Assembly: GCA_963774245.1 (NCBI GenBank)
Contig: CAVZDZ010000005.1
Coordinates: forward strand, 343,480 to 407,479
Direction: 5' to 3'
Origin: an uncultured Acidimicrobiaceae bacterium
Lineage (GTDB): Bacteria > Actinomycetota > Acidimicrobiia > Acidimicrobiales > RAAP-2
Length of the DNA stretch: 64,000 nucleotides
Below, one piece after another: positions 57,724 to 64,000 of this stretch. The stretch's first letter is position 1. The number at the start of each line of letters is the position of its first letter. The notes below the pieces were generated by a model. That model was not told the origin of the DNA, searched no databases, and worked only from the letters and a program-made list of their open reading frames with translations. The position numbers were made by a program, and so were the translations under genes.

Positions 57724-59801
57724 CGCGGTCCGCGTCGCCGTCCGTCGGCCTCGGCTCGGGCCGCGTCGCGGCTCCACCACCACCAGGGTCCGGCCCGTCT
57801 CCACCTGGTCGCCCTCGGTCACGTCGACCTCGGTGACCGTGCCGGCGGCCGTGGCATGGACGGCGTGCTCCATCTTCATGGCCTCGAGGACGACCAGCAG
57901 CTGGCCCGGCCTCCACGGTGTCCCCGACGGCCACGGCCACCCGGACCACGCCGCCGGGCATGGGGGCCAGGGCCGACCCCGGGCCACCTGCTCGCCGGCC
58001 AGCGGGAAGCGCTCCTGCTCGACGAGGGTCGAGCTGCCGTCCGGCCCGTCGACGTAGATCGTGCGCGCCCACCCGGTCCACCCGGTAGCGGCGGGTCACA
58101 CCGCCGACGGTGATCGAGGCCGACCGTCGGCGGTCGGCGGTGCACCCGTCGACGTCGACCGGGTCGCCGTCGAGCTCGACCACGGTCGAGCTGCCGGCCG
58201 GACCGATCGAACCGGTAGCCGACGCTCGATGGCGTCCGCCCGCCGGCGTCGTAGGACGTCTGCTGCAGCGCGGACGGGTTGTTGCGGTAGCCCGACGGGA
58301 TGGTGGCCTGGGCACCGGCGCCCGGCCCGGCGCCCGGCCTGGCCGGCCAGGGCGGCGGCGACGGCATGGCGACCGACGGCGTCGCCGTCCACCAGGGGCG
58401 CGGCGAGCTCGGTCGAGCCCGTGGCGCTCGAGGAAGCCGGTGTCGGTGTCGCCGGCCAGGAACTCGGGGTGGCGCAGGGTGCGCACCAGCAGGTCGCGGT
58501 TGGTGGTGACCCCGTGGATGCGGGCCCGGGCCAGGGCGCCGGCCAGCGCCGCGGCCGCCTCCTGGCGGGTGGGCGCATGGACGATGACCTTGGCCAGCAT
58601 GGGGTCGTAGTGGGGGCTGACCACGCTCGCCCGGACTCGACGCCGCTGTCCACCCGGACGCACCGGCGCCCGGTCGGTCCGGCGACCTCGAACCGGTGCA
58701 GGGTGCCGGTGGAGGGCAGCCAGTCGCTGGGCCGGGTCCTCGGCGTAGAGGCGGGCCTCGATGGCATGGCCCAGGGGCCCGTCGGCCACCGCCTCGTGGA
58801 CCTCGTCGGGGAGGGGCGCGCCCTCGGCCACCAGCAGCTGCAGGCGGACCAGGTCGAGCCCGGTGACCGCCTCGGTCACCGGGTGCTCGACCTGCAGCCG
58901 GGTGTTCATCTCGAGGAAGTACGGATCGCCGTTGCCGTCGACCACGAACTCGACGGTGCCGGCGTTGACGTAGCCGACGGCCCGGCCGCGGCCACGGCGG
59001 CCTCGATCAGGCGGGCCCGCAGCTCCGGGGTCACCTCGGGCGACGGGGCCTCCTCGATGATCTTCTGGTGCCGCCGTTGGATGCTGCACTCGCGCTCGAA
59101 CAGGGCCACCGTGTCGCCGTAGGCGTCGGCGAGGACCTGGACCTCGATGTGCCGGGGGTCGATGACGTAGCGCTCGAGGAACACGGTCCCGTCGCCGAAG
59201 GCCGACTGCCGCCTCGCGGCGGGCGTCGACCACGGCCTGGCGCAGGCTCGACCGGCCCGCCCACCACCCGCATGCCCCGCCCGCCGCCACCGGCCGAGGC
59301 CTTGACCAGCAGCGGCCATCCCAGCGCCTCCAGCTCGTCGTCGTCGGGCAGCGCGCTCGCCGTCGATGGTCGATCGAGGGCAGGGTGGGCACCCCGGCCG
59401 CCCGCATGATCTCCTTGGCGCCGATCTTCGACCCCATGGCGTCGATGGCCATCGGCCGGCGGGCCCACCCAGATGAACCCGGCCCCGGTCACCACCCGGG
59501 CGAAGTCGCCCGACTCGGACAGGAACCCGTAGCCCGGGTGGATGGCGTCGGCCCCGCAGCGGGCGGCGGCGTCGAGGATGAGGGCGGAGCGCAGGTAGGT
59601 GTCGGCCGGCGCCACCCCGGGCAGGCGCACGGCCATGTCGGCCTCGGCCACGTGGGGGCTGTCGGCGTCGGCGTCGGAGTAGACGGCCACGGTGGCGATG
59701 CCCATGGCCCGGGCCGTCCGCATGATGCGCCGGGCGATCTCCCCCCGGTTGGCCACCAGCAGGGTGCGGATGGGGGTGGTGACGACGTCGGCGGTGGTCA
59801 T
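57720..59801 (-). CDS. Biotin-dependent acyl-CoA carboxylase alpha subunit (biotin carboxylase + BCCP domains); many frame changes as assembled
   Basis: [64 protein letters not shown]. Biotinyl motif [13 protein letters not shown] near the C-terminus. The 3' end is inferred from an ATGA overlap with the AtuA-like start. Confidence 0.85.
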
Positions 59802-59811
59802 CGGTCGGCCC

Positions 59812-61419
59812 TCACATCCGGAACACGCCGTAGCCGCGGGTGCCGGTGATGGGCTGGTTGTCGATGACCGACAGGCAGATGCCGAGCACGGTGCGGGTGT
59901 CCCGGGGGTCGATGATGCCGTCGTCGTAGAGGCGGGCGCGTGAGGAACAGCGGGAGCGACTCGGCCTCGATCTGGGCCTCGACCAGCTCGCGCATGGCGG
60001 CGTCGGCCTCCTCGTCGAAGGGGACGCCCTTGGCCGCCGCCGACTGCCGGCCGACGATGGAGAGCACGCCGGCCAGCTGGGCCGGCCCCATCACCGCCGA
60101 GCGGGCGTTGGGCCAGGCGAACAGGAAGCGGGGGTCGTAGGCCCGGCCGCACATGCCGTAGTTGCCGGCCCCGTAGGAGGCCCCGATGTTGACGGTGAGG
60201 TGGGGGACCGACGAGTTGGAGACGGCGTTGATCATCATGGCCCCGTGCTTGATGATCCCGCCCTGCTCGTACTCCTTGCCCGACCATGTACCCGGTGGTG
60301 TTCTGCAGGAAGAGCAGGGGCACGTCGACCTGGTTGGCCAGCTGGATGAACTGGGTGGCCTTGTGGGCCTCCTCGGAGAAGAGCACGCCCCGGTGGTTGG
60401 CCAGCACGCCGATCGGGTAGCCGTGGATGGAGGCCCACCCGGTGACCAGGCTGGAGCCGTAGAGCGGCTTGAACTCGTCGAAGCGGGAGCCGTCGACCAC
60501 CCGGGCCAGCACCTCGCGGGGATCGAAGGGGACCTTGGGGTCGGCCGAGGCGATGCCCGAGCAGCTCGTCGGGGTCGTGGACCGGCGTCGTCGGCGGGCA
60601 TGGCTCGGGCCGGGCCCGTGCTTGCGCCAGTTGAGCCGGCTCACGATCTGGCGGCCGAGCCGGATGGCGTCGACCTCGTCGGTGGCCAGGTAGTCGGCCA
60701 GGCCGGACACCCGGGCGTGCATGGAGGCGCCGCCCAGCTCCTCGTCGGTCGACTCCTCGCCGGTGGCCATCTTGACCAGGGGCGGACCACCGAGGAAGAC
60801 CTTGGACCGCTCCTCGATCATCACGATGTAGTCGCTCATGCCGGGGACGTAGGCGCCGCCGGCGGTGGAGTTGCCGAAGACCAGGGCCACGGTGGGCACC
60901 GCCGCCGCCGAGCTGCGGGTGAGGTCGCGGAAGGCCCGTCCGCCGGGGATGAACAGCTCGGCCTGGGTGGGCAGGTCGGCCCCGCCCGACTCGACCAGGT
61001 TGATCGACCGGCAGCCGGTTCTGCAGGGCGATGTCCGAGGCGCGGGCCCCCTTGCGGAAGGAGAAGGGGTTCATGGCCCCGCCCCGCACCGTGGGGTCGT
61101 GGGCCGAGATGAGGCACTCGACCCCCTCGACCACGCCGATCCCGACGACCGAGGACGCCCCGACGTGGTACTCGGTGCCCCAGGCGGCCAGGGCGGCCAG
61201 CTCGAGGAAGGCCGAGTCCCGGTCGACCAGCAGCTCGATCCGCTCGTGGGCCAGCAGCTTGCCCCGCTCCTGGTGGCGCTCCACGTAGCGCTCGCCGCCG
61301 CCGGCCCGGGCCACGGCCAGCTGCTCGTCGACCGTCGGCCACCGCCGTCCTCGAGGGCGCGCTCGGTTGGCCCGGAAGGTCTCCGAGTTCGGGTCGACGG
61401 TGGTGGTCAGGACGGGCAT
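59812..61419 (-). CDS. Acyl-CoA carboxylase beta subunit (carboxyltransferase; methylcrotonyl-/geranyl-CoA carboxylase type); many frame changes as assembled
   Basis: [72 protein letters not shown] (60235..61419). Then [34 protein letters not shown] (59031..60899). Then ..[23 protein letters not shown] (59798..60601). Ends ..GVFRM* at 59812. Confidence 0.85.
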
Positions 61420-61482
61420 GGGCAGGTGATCGTCGGGGAGCCGGGTCGCATTCGCACTCGCCGACGTGGGAAGAATAGGCCC

Positions 61483-62760
61483 ATGACCTCACTGCCGCGT
61501 CACGAGGGTCGCCCCATCGCCGGGATCGTCGCCGGTGCGGCTGCCGCCATGGTGATCCGCACCTACCCCCAGGGGCCTGGGACGGGGACGACGACCGCGG
61601 CGGCGGACCGGTCCGCTCGCCCGGGCGCCCGCTCGTCCGCCGTGGTGCTGGCCGCCGGCGAGGGGACCCGGATGCGCTCGGCCCGGCCGAAGCCCCTGCA
61701 CCGGCTGTGCGGCCGCCCGATGGTGCTCCACGTGCTCGACGCCCTGGCCGAGCTGTCGGTGCACCGGGTGGTGGTGGTGGTCGGCCACCGGGCCGAGTGG
61801 GTGACCAAGACCCTCATCGAGCACGCCCCGCCGGGCATGGCCATCGAGTTCGTCGAGCAGGTCGAGCAGCGGGGGACCGGCGACGCCATGTCGGTGGCCC
61901 TCACCGGCCTGCCCGACGACGACGGCGACGACGACGGCGACGTGGTGGTGCTGCCCGGGCGACACGCCGCTCCTCCGGCCGGCCACGCTGGCCGCGCTGG
62001 TCCACCGGCACCGCGCCTCGGATGCCGCCGCCACGCTGCTCACCGCGGAGCTCGACGACCCGACCGGCTACGGCCGGGTGGTGCGGGGCCGGGACGACTC
62101 GGTGGCCCGGGTGGTCGAGCACGGCGACGCCACCGACGAGGAGCTCGACGTCGCACGAGGTCAACACCTCGATCTACTGCTTCCGCCGGAGCGTGCTGGC
62201 CCCGTCGCTGCGCCGGCTGAGCCCGGCCAACGCCCAGGGCGAGTACTACCTGACCGACGTGGTCGGCGTGCTCTACGAGGCCGGCCACAAGGTGGGGTCG
62301 CTGGTGGTGGACGACACCATGGAGGTGGCCGGGGTCAACGACCGGGCCCAGCTGGCCGTGGCCGAGGCCGAGCTGCGCGACCGCATCAACGAGCGGTGGA
62401 TGCGCCGGGGCGTGACCATGTGGGACCCCGAGCGGACCTACATCGACGTCGACGTCGAGCTCGAGCCCGACGTGGTGCTGCTGCCCGGGCGTCATCCTGC
62501 AGGGAGCGTGCGTGATCGGGGCCCACGCCGAGATCGGGCCCGACGCCCATCTGGTCGACACCGGTGGTCGGCGAGGGCGCCATGGTGGCCTCGAGCGTGT
62601 GCCGGCGGTCGGTCGATCGGCGCCGACGCCCGGGTCGGGCCCTTCGCCGTGCTCGACGAGGGGACCGAGGTGCCCGCCGGTGCGGGTGGTGGGGCCGGCC
62701 GGTCGATCCGACGCCGCGCCGGACGGTCGGGCCGGAGTCTCCGACGACGGAGCGCGGTAG
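61483..62760 (+). CDS. glmU: Bifunctional UDP-N-acetylglucosamine pyrophosphorylase / glucosamine-1-phosphate N-acetyltransferase; several frame changes as assembled; start uncertain
   Basis: [76 protein letters not shown]. Left-handed beta-helix hexapeptide region [21 protein letters not shown]. An internal GTG near 61639 would give a more typical N-terminus. Confidence 0.85.
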
Positions 62761-62764
62761 CGTC

Positions 62765-63744
62765 ATGGGCATGGAGTTCACCCCGCGCCGGCGGCTCGAA
62801 CTGGTGTCCGGGCGGTCGCACCCCGAGCTGGCCCAGGACGTCGCCCGGCAGCTGGGCGTGGAGCTCGGCGAGGCCAACCTCCGCGAGTTCGCCAACGGCG
62901 AGATCCACTGCCGCTTCGACACGTCGATCCGGGGCAGCGACGTGTTCATCATCCAGACCCACTGCGGCCCGGTCAACGACTCGCTGATGGAGCACCTGAT
63001 CATGATCGACGCGGCCAAGCGGGCCTCGGCCAAGCGGATCACCGCGGTCTGCCCCTACTACGGCTACTCGCGCCAGGACCGCAAGGCCACCGGGCGGGAG
63101 CCGATCACGGCCAAGCTGGTGGCCGACATGCTCTCGGTGGCCGGGGCCGACCGGGTGGTCAGCGTCGACCTCCACTCCGGGCAGATCCAGGGCTTCTTCG
63201 ACGTCCCCTTCGACCACCTGACCGCGGCGCCCGGTGCTGGTCGACTACCTGCGCACCCAACGCAGCGACGACCTGGTGGTGGTGGCGCCGGACGCCGGGC
63301 CGGGTGAAGGTGGCCGAGCGGTTCAGCCAGCACCTGACCGCCGACCTGGCCGTGGTGCACAAGCGCCGGCTGCGGGGCACGGCCAACCAGGTCGAGGCCC
63401 TGCACGTGGTGGGCGACGTCGAGGGCCGCCAGTGCGTGCTCATCGACGACATGATCGACACCGCCGGGACCATCGTGGCCGCCGCCGACCTGTTGGTCGA
63501 GCGGGGCGCCGCCGAGGTGTGGTGCATGGCCACCCACGCCGTGCTGTCCGACCCGGCCGTCGACCGGCTGAAGAACTCGGCCCTGACCAAGGTGGTGGTG
63601 ACCGACACCCTGCCCATCCCGCCGGACCGGCGCTTCGACAAGCTCGAGGTGCTGTCGGTGGCCAAGCTCATCTCCGACGCCATCGACGCCGTGTTCGAGG
63701 ACACCTCGGTGTCGGAGATCTTCGGCGGGGAGAACCTGGCCTGA
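62765..63744 (+). CDS. prs: Ribose-phosphate pyrophosphokinase; two +1 frame changes (~63235, ~63300) as assembled
   Basis: LREFANGEIHCRFDTSIRGSDVFIIQT, ITAVCPYYGYSRQDRK, VDLHSGQIQGFFDVPFDHL, VLIDDMIDTAGTIV, VVVTDTLP. Confidence 0.9.
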
Positions 63745-63805
63745 CCCGGGAACGGCCACGGGGCGCCGGGGACCATCGCTCCGGCCCGCCGGCCCGGTGC
63801 CGCCC

Positions 63806-64000
63806 GTGATCCGGTCGGTCATGTTCGACTTCGGCGGCGTGCTCACGTCGAGCCCGTTCGAGGCCTTCGACCGGTTCGAGCGGGCCGAGGGGCTGCCGGC
63901 GGGGTTCATCCGCACCGTCAACGCCACCGATCCCGACGTCAACGCCTGGGCCCGGCTCGAGCGCGGCGAGCTGGACGTGGCGGGGTTCGCCGAGACCTTC
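63806..64000 (+). CDS. HAD-superfamily hydrolase (5' part only; continues past the window end)
   Basis: VIRSVMFDFGGVLTSSPFEAFDRFERAEGLPAGFIR.. ('FDFGGVL' motif I of HAD-IA-type hydrolases). GTG 63806 or ATG 63821. Confidence 0.6.
   Translation, partial: MIRSVMFDFGGVLTSSPFEAFDRFERAEGLPAGFIRTVNATDPDVNAWARLERGELDVAGFAETF

Noticed and set aside
61935-61961. 12-nt tandem duplication GACGACGACGGC x2 (+GAC) inside glmU, encoding DDDGDDDGD.
   Set aside because: It is in-frame and sits in a surface-loop position of the pyrophosphorylase domain. It is most simply a benign slippage insertion, with no sign of a regulatory or mobile role.
1-64000. CRISPR arrays, IS elements, integrases, prophage or toxin-antitoxin/defence genes.
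   Set aside because: I saw no spaced direct repeats, no transposase/integrase/recombinase-like translations in any frame of the ORF track, and no terminal inverted repeats flanking the low-G+C patches. The only sizeable repeat is the ACAD 3' fragment.

Overview
High-G+C, actinobacterial-type chromosomal window. Supporting this: two Actinomycetota-specific ribosomal micro-ORFs (bS22, bL37), metG-tatD-(rpf slot)-rsmA-ispE synteny, and glmU-prs.

Four blocks:
1. 1-30.9 kb: a cell-envelope glycoconjugate locus. It is dominated by five paralogues of an unplaced 600-705 aa polytopic membrane protein (the 'CGCGD-loop' family, GT-C-like by architecture). It also holds an AftB-like and a PIG-V-like GT-C enzyme, two membrane O-acyltransferases, three SAM methyltransferases, a GT4/methyltransferase/prenyltransferase-like triad, a sulfatase-like enzyme and a secreted glycosidase-like protein. 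An NRAMP transporter with a PRC/MgtE_N/CBS partner is embedded in it.
2. 30.9-48.2 kb: housekeeping genes (pepN, PfkB kinase, GDPD, rsmI, metG, tatD, rsmA, ispE, a two-component pair, tRNA-Gln, typA).
3. 48.2-54.5 kb: an operon of three unusually large prepilin-type (type IV pilus minor-pilin-like) genes. One carries about 8 Cys-pair/Asp-box-like repeats. No pilus machinery is in the window.
4. 54.7-61.4 kb: an atu/liu-like acyl-CoA carboxylase cluster, followed by glmU, prs and the start of a HAD hydrolase.

Many conserved genes are broken by single-base frame changes, almost all in the +1 direction. I read these as assembly insertion errors, not real pseudogenes, so I annotated the reconstructed genes as single CDS. 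An ~18 kb stretch (4.5-22.8 kb) is almost free of such errors.

I saw no CRISPR array, rRNA, transposase or integrase. All family assignments come from motifs read by eye and from memory; no searches were run.
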